Shown here: positions 54,736-64,000 of the stretch, piece by piece
Numbering within the stretch: position 1 is the first letter of the stretch
Layout of the letters: each line of letters begins with the position of its first letter
DNA from: an uncultured Verrucomicrobiae bacterium
GTDB taxonomy: Bacteria; Verrucomicrobiota; Verrucomicrobiia; Chthoniobacterales; Terrimicrobiaceae
Direction: 5' to 3'
Length of the DNA stretch: 64,000 bases
Assembly (NCBI GenBank): GCA_963706955.1
Contig: CAVPOC010000003.1
Coordinates: 192,001-256,000 of the forward strand
Position numbers and translations under genes: made by a program
The notes under the pieces: model-generated
What the model saw: the letters and a program-made list of their open reading frames with translations, nothing else
Databases searched by the model: none
Told to the model about the DNA's origin: nothing

Positions 54736-55586
54736 GTGCCCTTCTCAATCGGCACACGCACGGAGTTTCCCCACTCCGTCCAAGAGCCGTCATAGTTCTT
54801 CACCGCCGGAAATCCCAGAAGGTAGGTCAGCACAAACCAGGTATGGCTCGAGCGCTCGCCAATCCTGCAATACACGATCGTCTCGTCGGCAGGATTTATG
54901 CCCAAATTTTCAATGTAAATTTTACGAAGTTCATCGGCCGACTTGAAAGTGCCGTCGTCGTTGGCGGCGGTCTTCCAGGGAATGCTGCGCGCTCCCGGAA
55001 TATGCCCTCCGCGCAGCACACCCTCCTGCGGGTATTCGGGCATGTGAGTGATCTCCCCTTTGAACTCGCCCGGTGAGCGTACATCGATGAGCGGCCTCCG
55101 CGCTTGGCTCTGCGCCAGCGCGTCTTCTTTGAAAGCGCGAATCTTGCTATCCAGCCGCGCCGCGGGCACCGGGTAGACACTCTCTGCGAATTTCGGAATT
55201 TCTCGCGTGTAAGGGCGACCTTCAGCTTCCCATTTCGACCGGCCGCCGTTGAGCAGCTTGACCTTTTCGTGCCCGAAAAGTCGAAAGACCCAGAGCGCGT
55301 AGGCCGCCCACCAGTTGGCTTTGTCGCCGTAGAAAATTACGGTTGTCTCGGGCGAAATGCCGTGGCGCGAAGCCAGTTTGGCAAAGGCTTCCGGGGTAAT
55401 ATAATCCCGCTGCACGGGGTCATTTAGATCCGCACGCCAATCGATATGAATCGCATTCGAGATGTGGCCGGTCCCATAGAGGAGAATATCTTCGTTGCTT
55501 TCCACGATCCGAATGTCGGGATCATTGAGGTGCTCGGCAAGCCAGGAGGTCTCGACCAGACTGTCGGGAGTTGTGTAGGTGCTCAT
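54732..55586 (-). CDS. Two-domain thiosulfate sulfurtransferase (rhodanese, SseA/CysA1 type)
   Basis: [15 protein letters not shown] active site, NYDGSWTEW. Confidence 0.93.
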   Translation of the reverse strand: MSTYTTPDSLVETSWLAEHLNDPDIRIVESNEDILLYGTGHISNAIHIDWRADLNDPVQRDYITPEAFAKLASRHGISPETTVIFYGDKANWWAAYALWVFRLFGHEKVKLLNGGRSKWEAEGRPYTREIPKFAESVYPVPAARLDSKIRAFKEDALAQSQARRPLIDVRSPGEFKGEITHMPEYPQEGVLRGGHIPGARSIPWKTAANDDGTFKSADELRKIYIENLGINPADETIVYCRIGERSSHTWFVLTYLLGFPAVKNYDGSWTEWGNSVRVPIEKGT

Positions 55587-55591
55587 ATTAT

Positions 55592-55625
55592 TCTAAGTTT
55601 TAAGTCTTAAGTCTTAGGTTTAAAG
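55592..55625. repeat. Imperfect 7-bp tandem repeat (YTTAAGT)x4-5
   Basis: tctaagt tttaagt cttaagt cttaggt ttaaag. Confidence 0.7.
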
Positions 55626-55670
55626 CGAGGTCTAGAATACTAAGCTTTAGCTGTGTTCAGAGCGTAGCTG

Positions 55671-56669
55671 CTACTTGTTGGCGGTGGCTCCGCTGTAGAT
55701 TTGGTCGAAGGAGCCTCCGTCGACAAAGTGCTCCTTGGTGGCCTTGGTCCAACCGCCAAAGACGTCATTGATGGTGAAAAGCTCGAGCTTTGGATATTGG
55801 CTCGCGTTTTTGGCAAGGATGTCGTTGTTGCTTGGACGAAAGAAATGCTTGGCGGCAATTTCCTGTCCGGTGTCGCTATAGAGGAAAGTCAAGTACTCCG
55901 TGGCCACTTCGCGCGTGCCGCGCTTCTCGACGACCTTGTCGACCACCGTGACAGTCGGTTCGGCGAGGATGCTGATCGAGGGCACGACGATTTCAAAGTC
56001 GTCGCCACGGAGTTTCTTGACCAACAACAACTCGTTTTCCCAGTTGATGAGAACGTCGCCCAACCCCCGCTCCACAAAGGTGGTCGTCGCACCGCGTGCG
56101 CCGGAATCCAGCACGGGAACGTGCTTGAACAACTCACTAATGAACTCCTTTGCTTTTTCTTGAGAGCCATATTTTTTCAAAGCAAACCCCCAGCCGGCCA
56201 AATAATTCCAGCGGGCGACTCCTGAGGTCTTCGGATTAGGCGTGATCACTTCCACACCTGGCTTGATCAAATCTTCCCAATCCTTGATCCCCTTGGGATT
56301 GCCCTTGCGCACCAGGAACGCCAGGGTCGACTGATACGGAGCGCTATTGTGCGGCAATCGCTCCTGCCAGTCCTGCGGCACCAGTTTGCCGTTTTCATAA
56401 AGCGCATCAACGTCTGCCGCCAACGCCAGCGTCACCACGTCGGCTTCCAAGCCGTCGATGACCGCCCGAGCCTGCTTGCTCGAGCCGCCATGGGATTGAT
56501 TGATCGTCACCGTATCCCCGCTCTTCTCCTTCCAGTGTTTCGCAAACGCCTCGTTGTAATCCGCGTAAAACTCCCGCGTCGGATCATACGACACGTTCAG
56601 CAAGGTGGTCTCGCCAGCCTGCACTACCCCCACGAAAACCACCGACACCCACACCCAAAACAGTTTCAT
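55671..56669 (-). CDS. sbp: Sulfate-binding protein Sbp (second paralog)
   Basis: [41 protein letters not shown]. Confidence 0.93.
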   Translation of the reverse strand: MKLFWVWVSVVFVGVVQAGETTLLNVSYDPTREFYADYNEAFAKHWKEKSGDTVTINQSHGGSSKQARAVIDGLEADVVTLALAADVDALYENGKLVPQDWQERLPHNSAPYQSTLAFLVRKGNPKGIKDWEDLIKPGVEVITPNPKTSGVARWNYLAGWGFALKKYGSQEKAKEFISELFKHVPVLDSGARGATTTFVERGLGDVLINWENELLLVKKLRGDDFEIVVPSISILAEPTVTVVDKVVEKRGTREVATEYLTFLYSDTGQEIAAKHFFRPSNNDILAKNASQYPKLELFTINDVFGGWTKATKEHFVDGGSFDQIYSGATANK

Positions 56670-56676
56670 CCGCGCC

Positions 56677-56730
56677 ACCATATAAGCCGACTTGCGGGCG
56701 TCAACCAGAAAAACGACTAAACTTGTCGTT
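56677..56730 (-). promoter_or_regulatory. Sigma70 promoter TTGACG-16-TATGGT plus putative Rrf2 operator 2 (AACGAC-N7-GTCGTT, 56712-56730)
   Basis: Perfect 6-bp inverted repeat next to the -35; -10 ends 7 nt before the sbp ATG. Confidence 0.65.
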
Positions 56731-57020
56731 ATTCCAAGAAGGCACTCTCAGTGGGCCTAATTCCCAACGTGTTTTTTGGCCATGGGTGCCTGACACCGCG
56801 AGGTGCTTGACTAGGGAGAAGGGGTTTTGGATTACTGCCTAGCTGTCGTCCAGTTGGGATGCTTGAGACCTTCCTGCGTGATTGACCGCAAAAATCGCTA
56901 GTTGCCGCGCTTTGAGCACGTTGAGCCAACTCGCCAGTCAGGACAACCAGATGTTCGCTGAGGGCTTTCCGAATGCGAGAGGGGCCTGAGGCGTATGCGG
57001 AAATTCTTTTTATGGCAGGG

Positions 57021-57660
57021 CTACAAGCGGGAATTGATTTCCGAGCGAAGCGAAGACATTGAAAGTGCGAGGACGAGCAGCGATATGGCGATGATCCAGG
57101 AGCCGAGGACGCGCACGCCTATCCTTACCCAACGAGCTCGCATCGCCAGAGAGGTGTAATAGGCGACGTCGAAAAGTAGAAAAATAACCATCCCCCAGGT
57201 TCCAAGCAACGCCTGGACAAGAAGCCCAGGTGAACCCGCTTCCGGGTTTGAATCAAGCCCGATGGCGAGCGCCGCGGCGAGAAAAAGCAGGCGAGAGGCG
57301 AAACGGGGGATCGACTTCTCCATCGCTACAGGTATGGCGGCACAAAGAGCCAGGGCTATGAGGATCGGCTGATAGACCATGGTGATTTGTCCAGTCGAGG
57401 TGAGAAGGAGGGCAAAGGTCAAACCGGGGACGAAAACCGCGAAGGGTGTCTTTCAAGTCCAAGGGTAATTGTTGTCCAACGAGGAGCCCCAACGCGAGGA
57501 GGACGAGCAGATGAGCAGGAGTTGTCAGAGGGTGCAGGATTCCCGCCGCCAGTCCTTCCAGGCCTTTGATGGGCGTATGAGCGTTAACCGTGGCCGGAAA
57601 GCAGAGAACCAACAACAGGGTGCTTGGCAGCACACTGCCGCGCGACCGGCCGCGCGGCAT
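57021..57660 (-). CDS. HupE/UreJ family membrane protein, frameshift near 57440
   Basis: NAHT..AGILHPLTTPAHLL; C-terminal VRVLGSWIIA. Confidence 0.75.
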
Positions 57661-57662
57661 CC

Positions 57663-58303
57663 TTAGAAGACGTTGAGAAGAAACCCGAGGCCACCGCAGC
57701 GGTAACCGCTCCTCCGGTTCTCACGGCGAGCTTGCCCCAAGGCCAGCGTGCGAGCAGGCCGATCGCAATTCCACTGAGGTGCAGCAAGCCGGTCGCGATG
57801 ACGAAGCCCGCCGCATAAGTTATCACACTCGCTGCCTCGGGAAGTTCCGTCCCGTGCGCATGGCCGTGAAAAATAGCGAAGATTCCTACGATAGCGCCGG
57901 CGATTTTCAGAGGGGGCTTTGCGGCAAAAGCCACCATCAAGCCCAGGATCACGCCCGAAAGTGCGATTCCCGTTTCAACCCCCGGCATAGGAACGCCGAG
58001 CACGCCGAGAACTCCTCCTACCGCCATGACGAGCGGAAAGACAACCGGCAAAATCCAGATCGCGGGAGCGCCCAAGAACGCTCCCCACAATCCCACTGCC
58101 ACCATGGCGACCACATGATCCAATCCAGTCAAGGGATGCGCAAAACCACTAAGAAATCCTCCAATGGCACCACCTCCGGTATGTGCGTTCGCTGTTGCCG
58201 CAGATAGGGCGAGCAGTAGACAGAGGAGAATCGAGGTTGCCGGTCGAGAGTCGTTAGCTTTTCCGGAATTTTTTTCCTGCGAGAATTGCGTTTGAGCAGC
58301 CAC
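57663..58303 (-). CDS. HupE/UreJ family Ni/Co permease; probable frameshift near 57690
   Basis: AHTG..GFAHPLTGLDHVVAMVAVGLWG, FHGHAHGTELP, ATGLLH. Confidence 0.9.
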
Positions 58304-58310
58304 GGATACG

Positions 58311-58339
58311 ACGCTATGTGCGCGGTTTTCTCGAGTCAA
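58311..58339 (-). promoter_or_regulatory. Sigma70 promoter TTGACT-17-TAGCGT
   Basis: -10 ends 7 nt before the in-frame GTG at 58303. Confidence 0.5.
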
Positions 58340-58829
58340 TTGTTTAGAGGGTTGCTTACGAGATCTGGCTGCCGGCTCGTGCGCAAAATCGCCTTGCCGC
58401 CATACAAATAGGACAAAGATGATGCTTTGCTTTCTTAAGAAGCGGTCTGTCGTGCAAATTGCTGGAGAGGGAGGAAGCCTTCCGTCAATGAGCGGCCGAA
58501 ATAGAAGTGCATCGCGGTGATGGGTCAGGCCTTAGTCCGACCCAAGCTCGAGCTTGCCGAGACCAGAGGGGTGCACTAAGCATACGGGATCGCGGACAAT
58601 TGCTTATGGTCGATGCGAAAAGACTTTCGTATATGCGCGCCGAGGTTAAGCGAGATGATTGGGAGGATGCCGTGGGCGAGAACGACCCAAGGGTGCCAAT
58701 GTCAGGAAGGAGCGGATTCAGGAGAAAACGGCAGCCAAATCGATGCCGCGCTCTCCCGAAACGTTCCGATGACGAACACTTCTCCGCGCGGACGCTGCTG
58801 CGGAACCTTGGAGTTTTTTCAGAGATAAG

Positions 58830-59600
58830 TCAGTTGAACGTTCCGAGACCCCAGCGGCGGCGGAGGAAATTTTCCCAAGGGGAGAAGAGGATGCGATCGG
58901 CGACCAGGCCGATGACGACGATGACGATCATGATGGCGACGACCTGGTCCATGGCATGAAGTTCGCGCCCATAGTGGAGGAGCTGACCGAGACCAAAGCC
59001 GGTGAGGATGGTGACGAAGATTTCCGCAGCCATGAGCGAGCGCCAGGCGAAGGCCCAGCCTTGTTTCATGCCGCCGACGAGGTAAGGCAGCGACGCCGGC
59101 AGGATGACTTTTATCCAGGTATGCAAGCCTTTGGAGCCCATGGTGCGAGCGGCGCGAAGATACGTGGGCGGCATCGTGCGGACCCCGTTTTCGGTTGCGA
59201 TGATGACGGACCAAAGGGTGCCCATCACGACGATGAAAAGCATGGCTGCTTCCGTTTGACCGAACCAGAGGAGGGCAAGCGGAACCCAGCAGACACTCGG
59301 AAGCGTTTGGACTCCAAGAGCCAGTAGGCCAATCGTGTCCTGGAAAATCTTTAGACGGGCGGTGAGCAGCCCAAGAGGCACACCGAAGAGTATTCCAATG
59401 AGGTATCCGACGATGAGGCGGCGCATCGTGACGAACGTGGCCGTCAAAAGCGTGCCATCTTGGGCGGACTGCCAGAGATACTCACCGACGAAGAGGGGCG
59501 AGGGCAGAAGAACGGGCGAATACCAACCGGTGCGTGAAAGCGCCTCCCAGAGGACGATGAGCAAGACAAAGAATAGCATCGAGGTGGCGGCACGTTTCAC
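58830..59600 (-). CDS. Sulfonate/nitrate-type ABC permease
   Basis: QTLPSVCWVPLALLWFG, AARTMG, WRSLMAAE. Confidence 0.92.
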   Translation of the reverse strand: MKRAATSMLFFVLLIVLWEALSRTGWYSPVLLPSPLFVGEYLWQSAQDGTLLTATFVTMRRLIVGYLIGILFGVPLGLLTARLKIFQDTIGLLALGVQTLPSVCWVPLALLWFGQTEAAMLFIVVMGTLWSVIIATENGVRTMPPTYLRAARTMGSKGLHTWIKVILPASLPYLVGGMKQGWAFAWRSLMAAEIFVTILTGFGLGQLLHYGRELHAMDQVVAIMIVIVVIGLVADRILFSPWENFLRRRWGLGTFN

Positions 59601-60403
59601 TCGGCCACCTCCTCTCCCTCAGTGAAGCCCTTAAGAGCTGCAGTGATTTCGCTGGAGTATTGGGCGAGCCCTACGCTGTTGATATCGCGTGGGCGCTCAA
59701 GGGTGATCTCGAACTCGCGGCGGATGCGCCCGGGATTTGGGGAGAAGAGCAACACACGATCTCCCAGGCAGGCAGCTTCTCGCACGTTGTGGGTAACGAA
59801 GATGATCGTCTTCCGGCGGGCTTCCCAGATGCGCTGAATATCTCCATAGAGCTGTTCGCGAGTAAGGGCATCGAGAGCGCCGAAAGGCTCGTCCATGAGC
59901 AGGACGCGAGGATTCGGCGCCAGGGCCCGCGCGAGGGCCACACGTTGTTTCATGCCACCGGAAAGCTCATGAATATTGGAATGGGTGAAGCGCTCAAGGC
60001 CAACGAGCTTGAGATAGTAGCTGGCCACTTCGAGGCGTTCCTGAGAATTGAGCCCCGGCTTAAGATTCAGCCCGAAGAGCACATTGCCCATCACGTCGAG
60101 CCAGGGAAAGAGAGCGTGCTCTTGAAACATCATCATGCGATCGCGGCCCGGCTCGACGATCGGCACCCCGCTGGCCAGGACCCTGCCGTGATCCGGCTCC
60201 TCCAGACCCGCGATGATGTTGAGGAGCGTCGATTTGCCGCACCCGCTCTTCCCAACCAAACAGACGAACTCACCTTCGGAGACGCGCAGACTGATATTCT
60301 CCAGTGCCGCCAGGGTGCCGCGTTTGGTCGTAAAGCTTTTGCTAACGTCGAGGACTTCGATGCGGTCCGGCTCGACGTTGGCAAGTTCCTGTTCGAGGCT
60401 CAT
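59597..60403 (-). CDS. Sulfonate/nitrate-type ABC ATP-binding protein
   Basis: [26 protein letters not shown]. Confidence 0.93.
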   Translation of the reverse strand: MSLEQELANVEPDRIEVLDVSKSFTTKRGTLAALENISLRVSEGEFVCLVGKSGCGKSTLLNIIAGLEEPDHGRVLASGVPIVEPGRDRMMMFQEHALFPWLDVMGNVLFGLNLKPGLNSQERLEVASYYLKLVGLERFTHSNIHELSGGMKQRVALARALAPNPRVLLMDEPFGALDALTREQLYGDIQRIWEARRKTIIFVTHNVREAACLGDRVLLFSPNPGRIRREFEITLERPRDINSVGLAQYSSEITAALKGFTEGEEVAE

Positions 60404-61348
60404 GGCGGATTCCAGACGATGTTGGAAAGGTCGATCTTCGCGCGCAGGAAACCAACCAAGCGAGCCTGATCCAGAAAGGTTTGAAACGGCTCGGCGGAGA
60501 TCGTGTCGTCGAAGCGGAGACGCGTCCAGGCCTGCTGAACCAGGGCGAGCGAGATTTCCTTACGTGTGAGGGCAGAGAGTTCATCGCGGACACGGCGTTG
60601 CGCCTCCTCGGGGTGGTCGCGAATCCAGCGTGTGAGCTCCTGGTGGGCCGCCACCAACTTCCGAGCCACCTCGGGACTTCTCGTCAGGAAGTCTTCACGC
60701 GCCGCCAGCACTGTTGTCACGGTGCTTTCTGGCTCGAGAAAGATGCGTCCGCCGGCTTCGCTCGAGAAGTCTGCTGACCCACGGCTCAACCGTCCAAGCG
60801 GCATCCAATTTTCCTTGTTGAAAGAGCAAGAGAATGTCTGGATTGGCCGTCGGGAGGACGCGCGCGTCGCCGCCGACCAGGGTGACGCGGATCCCATTGT
60901 TGATCAGCCAGGCTCGGCACTCGACATCCTGGGTATTGCCCAATTGAGGTGTGGCAATCGTCTTGTCACGAAAGTCCTCGACCTTCGTGATGGTGTCTCC
61001 GCGGACGACCAGCGCCTCGCCGCCTCGCATCGCCCCTGCCACGACCCGTATGTCCCGACCGTTGGCCCGGGCATACGCGTTGACCGTAGGGCTTGGCCCC
61101 ACGTAAGTGAAATCGATCGAGCGGGCAAAAATCGCCTCCATTGCCGACGGCCCAGCGTTGAAGACGAACCATTCAATCGGCAGGCCGACCCGTTCCTCAA
61201 ACCAGCCCCGCCCCTCTCTGCTAAAACTTTTTGCCACGAGCGCATGGGCATGCGTGACGTTAGGAAAAAGCCCAATCCGCAAGCTCTCCGCGGCCGGCGC
61301 GAATGACGACACGGCCAACAGAATCGCCAGGCATACGACGGCTTTCAT
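60400..61348 (-). CDS. Aliphatic sulfonate-type ABC substrate-binding protein (SsuA-like), frameshift near 60765
   Basis: GLFPNVTHAHALV, FNAGP, YVGPSP, ATPQLGNTQD, WTVEPW. Confidence 0.88.
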
Positions 61349-61398
61349 TCATCCATCTTGCCCGCTTGAAAAAGGAGAGCAAGGATCGCTTCCGGTCT

Positions 61399-61863
61399 CT
61401 AAATGCCCTCTCCGTAGATGCCTTGAATCGCCGCAACTTCCGAGTCGGTCACCGGATTGCCGCGCATGACATCGGCCAGGCTGGAGCGATCCATCAACAC
61501 GGCCACCATGTTACGTGCTTGCAGCAACACGCGGCGAAATCGGCAGACGGGCTCCTGGGAACAACGCTTATAGTCGCTGACCGAAACACACGCAATTGGC
61601 GCAAGATAGCCATCGAAGTGGCGGACAACCTCGCCCATCGTAATCTTTCCCGGATTTTTGGCGAGGAGATAACCACCGCGCTTCCCAGCAACGCTATCAA
61701 CCCAGCCGCGCTCCTTCAGGTCTAGCATGATGTGTTCGAGAAAGCGCTTCGGGATATCATTGCGCCTCGCCAGCTCCATGATCGGAATGGGGGGTCCGCC
61801 GTGGTTCTCGACCAGGGTAAAAAGCGCCCGAAGCGCATAGTCGGTTCGCATCGACAACTGCAT
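61399..61863 (-). CDS. Rrf2 family transcriptional regulator (IscR/CymR-like, three Cys)
   Basis: RTDYALRAL..IPKRFLEHI..V.S..GKRGGY.LA..PIAC..C..C. Confidence 0.92.
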   Translation of the reverse strand: MQLSMRTDYALRALFTLVENHGGPPIPIMELARRNDIPKRFLEHIMLDLKERGWVDSVAGKRGGYLLAKNPGKITMGEVVRHFDGYLAPIACVSVSDYKRCSQEPVCRFRRVLLQARNMVAVLMDRSSLADVMRGNPVTDSEVAAIQGIYGEGI

Positions 61864-61870
61864 CGAAAGC

Positions 61871-61898
61871 ACGATAAAGGAAATCGTCATTCAGTCAA
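61871..61898 (-). promoter_or_regulatory. Sigma70 promoter TTGACT-16-TATCGT overlapped by putative Rrf2 operator 3 (ACGAT-N7-ATCGT, 61871-61887)
   Basis: Palindrome covers the -10; ATG follows 7 nt after the -10. Confidence 0.65.
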
Positions 61899-62052
61899 AG
61901 CAGAGAAGCGCCTGCGCTTCGAGCCTTCAGCGCTGCGTCTGTTTTGGATGCATGATATCTGGGACGGTTCTCGGGGCTATCTGAGGCGCGCCACTGGCGC
62001 TTACCTCTCAGCTGCGACAAAAGGAGGCTGCGCTGCGAGCGCATTGGTATTT

Positions 62053-62134
62053 GTGGGGCGGACGCGTCATGCGGCCATTCCGGCGTCTCGCCGGATGGGC
62101 GAGACGCCGAACACCACACGCGGGCGCGTGCTCC
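62053..62134. repeat. REP-like palindromic element
   Basis: 12-bp perfect stem cggcgtctcgcc/ggcgagacgccg at 62081-62109, GTGCTCC end. Confidence 0.55.
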
Positions 62135-62184
62135 GGGCTGGCAATCGCTGCCCACCTAGGCGCAGTGGCCACGCCGCCACGAGG

Positions 62185-62818
62185 CTAGTCCCCGACTGTG
62201 ACTGGAGTTCCGATCCTGACGCGGTCGTAAAAAAGTCTGGCGATCTCCTCGGGCAGGCGAATGCAACCATGCGAAGCGGGATAACCCGGCAAGATGCCGG
62301 TATGCATCCCCACTCCACTGGGACTAAGCCGCATAAACCAGCGCATAGGCGCGCCGCGATAAACAGTTCCGCTGGGCGCCGAGTCGATGCGCGTGCTGAT
62401 GCCTGCGCGCACGACTCTGCCGGTGCGCGGGTTGACAAAATCTCCGTAGATGTTGGACCGATGGTCGGCATCCTTTTCCAGGATCCTGTAGTTGCCAGGC
62501 GGAGTCATTCCCGCTCGTTTGCCGGAGGAGATCGGAGAATCAACGGCGATCTCCTCGTAAACCCGGAAGTAAGCGCGTTGCTTACCCAGCGAGATATAGA
62601 TCGAGACGTTGTCCGGAGTCGCCCGCTCAAGGACTCGCGGGATGACCATCGGTGGTTCCTGTTTGCGAATGAGCTCGGCAGCTCGCTTCTGCTTTTTTCG
62701 GGAAACCGAAGGGAATCTGTTGAGCAAGAACACTGCAGACCAGTAACCCCATGGCCGACGCGAACAGCACCACGAGCACGCCAAGCTTGAGTCCGCGCAT
62801 AGGAAGAGCCGTGGTCAT
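62185..62818 (-). CDS. L,D-transpeptidase (YkuD family), frameshift near 62700
   Basis: SPISSG..TPPGNY..HTGILPGYPASHGCIRL; signal peptide in ORF 62627-62818. Confidence 0.88.
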
Positions 62819-62877
62819 TCTATTTCCCGAGTGGACATCCGCTTAATCGCTGAGATGATTTTTCGCAACGAGATTCC

Positions 62878-64000
62878 ATGAGGGGTTGCCGATACTTGGT
62901 TCTGCTCGCGCTGCTCGCAGGCGCTTCCCTGCAGGCTGAGCCCCAGGATCCGCCCCTCGTGCCTCCCCCGATGGCCCAGCCGCAAGCCCTTTCGATTTTT
63001 CGCGGGGACAATATCGAGGTGCCCTTGCGGGCTCAAGGCCGCGCACCGAGTCAACTGAAATTTCTCATCCGCTCGAATCCTTCGAAGGGACGGCTTGGTG
63101 AAATCCGCCTGACCGGAGCCGAAGTCGGCGGAAGTCACTTACTTTCACGATGGAACCAGCGAAGGAAGCGATGCCTTCACGTTCGCCGTCCAGGCGATCG
63201 ACAGTCCAGTATCCGCGGCAGCTCCGATCACCATCAGCATCTCCGAAGAACCCCCCACGCTTTCGGTTGTAAACTCCCTTGACTTCGGCACGATGGAAGT
63301 CGGGACGACGCGTGAAGAGGAGATCATCCTGCGAAATAGCGGAGGAGGAGAACTGAAAGGAGAGATGGAGGTTCCGCCCCCGTGGAGAATCGTCGGTTCG
63401 AAGGAATACCGCCTCGGCCGCAAGCAGGAAGCCAGTATACAAATCATCTGTGCGCCCAGCGAACCCGAGGAGTACGCGGAGAAACTCGTTTTCTCGCACG
63501 ACGCCCGCGTGGCCGTCGATCTAACCGCGAATGCCATCTCTCCCTTCGAACTGAGTCCCGCAGGGGAGATCGAGCTCGCGAGTCAGGAAGGTGGAACTTT
63601 GCGTTCCGCTGAGGTGGCCATACGAAACCTCACGCCGCGTGATCGCACGTTGCGAATCACGGTGCCAGCGGAACTCGCCGCACCAGACCAAATGGTCATC
63701 CCCGCCGGAGGGGTGCAAAGAATTACTCTCCAGACAAAGCCCGCTTTTCTCGGCCCCTTCGAGACCACGATGACGCTGGAAAGCGAAGGGTTCAAGGCAA
63801 GACCTGCCCGTGCGCGTTTTTGCGCTGCCAGCGAGCCTGCACATTGAACCGCGGGAAGGTTTGGACTTTGGAGAGATCGAACCTCGCCAGCGCTATCGCG
63901 GGATTTCTTCGCGTGAAGAACGAGGGGGGAAGCGCCGCCCGATTGCAAACGAAGGTTCCGTCGGAGGTCTTGCTTGTGCCCGATCCCAATTCGGCGGTGC
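62878..64000 (+). CDS. Secreted Ig-like multi-domain protein, partial, frameshifts near 63120 and 63800
   Basis: Signal peptide; DAFTFAVQA, LDFGTMEVG..ILRNSGG and LDFGE..VKNEGG repeats. Confidence 0.6.

Noticed and set aside
58507..58959. 150-aa plus-strand ORF between hupE and the ABC permease
   Set aside because: Overlaps the permease antisense, no motifs or clear RBS
61732..62790. 352-aa plus-strand ORF and other long antisense ORFs (12256-13359, 20206-21108, 15509-16222)
   Set aside because: Shadow frames of well-supported genes in GC-rich DNA, with no motifs

Overview
Bacterial DNA of moderately high GC. Gene content and REP-like hairpins suggest a soil Verrucomicrobia/Chthoniobacterales-like organism (inference only). 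About 15 single-base frameshifts in otherwise intact genes point to an indel-prone long-read assembly. Six blocks: (1) 1-3.5 kb, DUF899/GFA/HTH/beta-propeller cluster. (2) 4-10.2 kb, sugar/polyol catabolism and orphan binding proteins. (3) 10.2-36.1 kb, a mosaic aldehyde/redox-stress island: one intact AraC regulator, nine copies of a tandem GCARRATY-N12-GCARRATY box with a -10 element at near-fixed distance, duplicated oxidoreductases (several with Tat or Sec leaders), many decayed or chimeric gene remnants, and a small-protein family (VFTVGGPLVY) found only behind the boxes. (4) 37.5-42.1 kb, GH51 arabinofuranosidase plus CUT1 ABC importer. (5) 42.3-61.9 kb, a ~20 kb minus-strand sulfur-acquisition island: Rrf2 regulator with three ACGAY-N7-RTCGT operators, sulfonate-type ABC, two HupE/UreJ, two Sbp, rhodaneses, an M14 peptidase inside the cysTWA operon, AsfA/AprA-like flavoprotein, ferredoxin, HEAT protein, DUF3604-like fragment, a second ABC, and a COS-hydrolase-like beta-carbonic anhydrase whose HHTDCGM zinc-ligand segment lies inverted on the opposite strand. 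(6) L,D-transpeptidase and a truncated secreted Ig-like protein. No CRISPR array, rRNA, tRNA, transposase or integrase was recognised.
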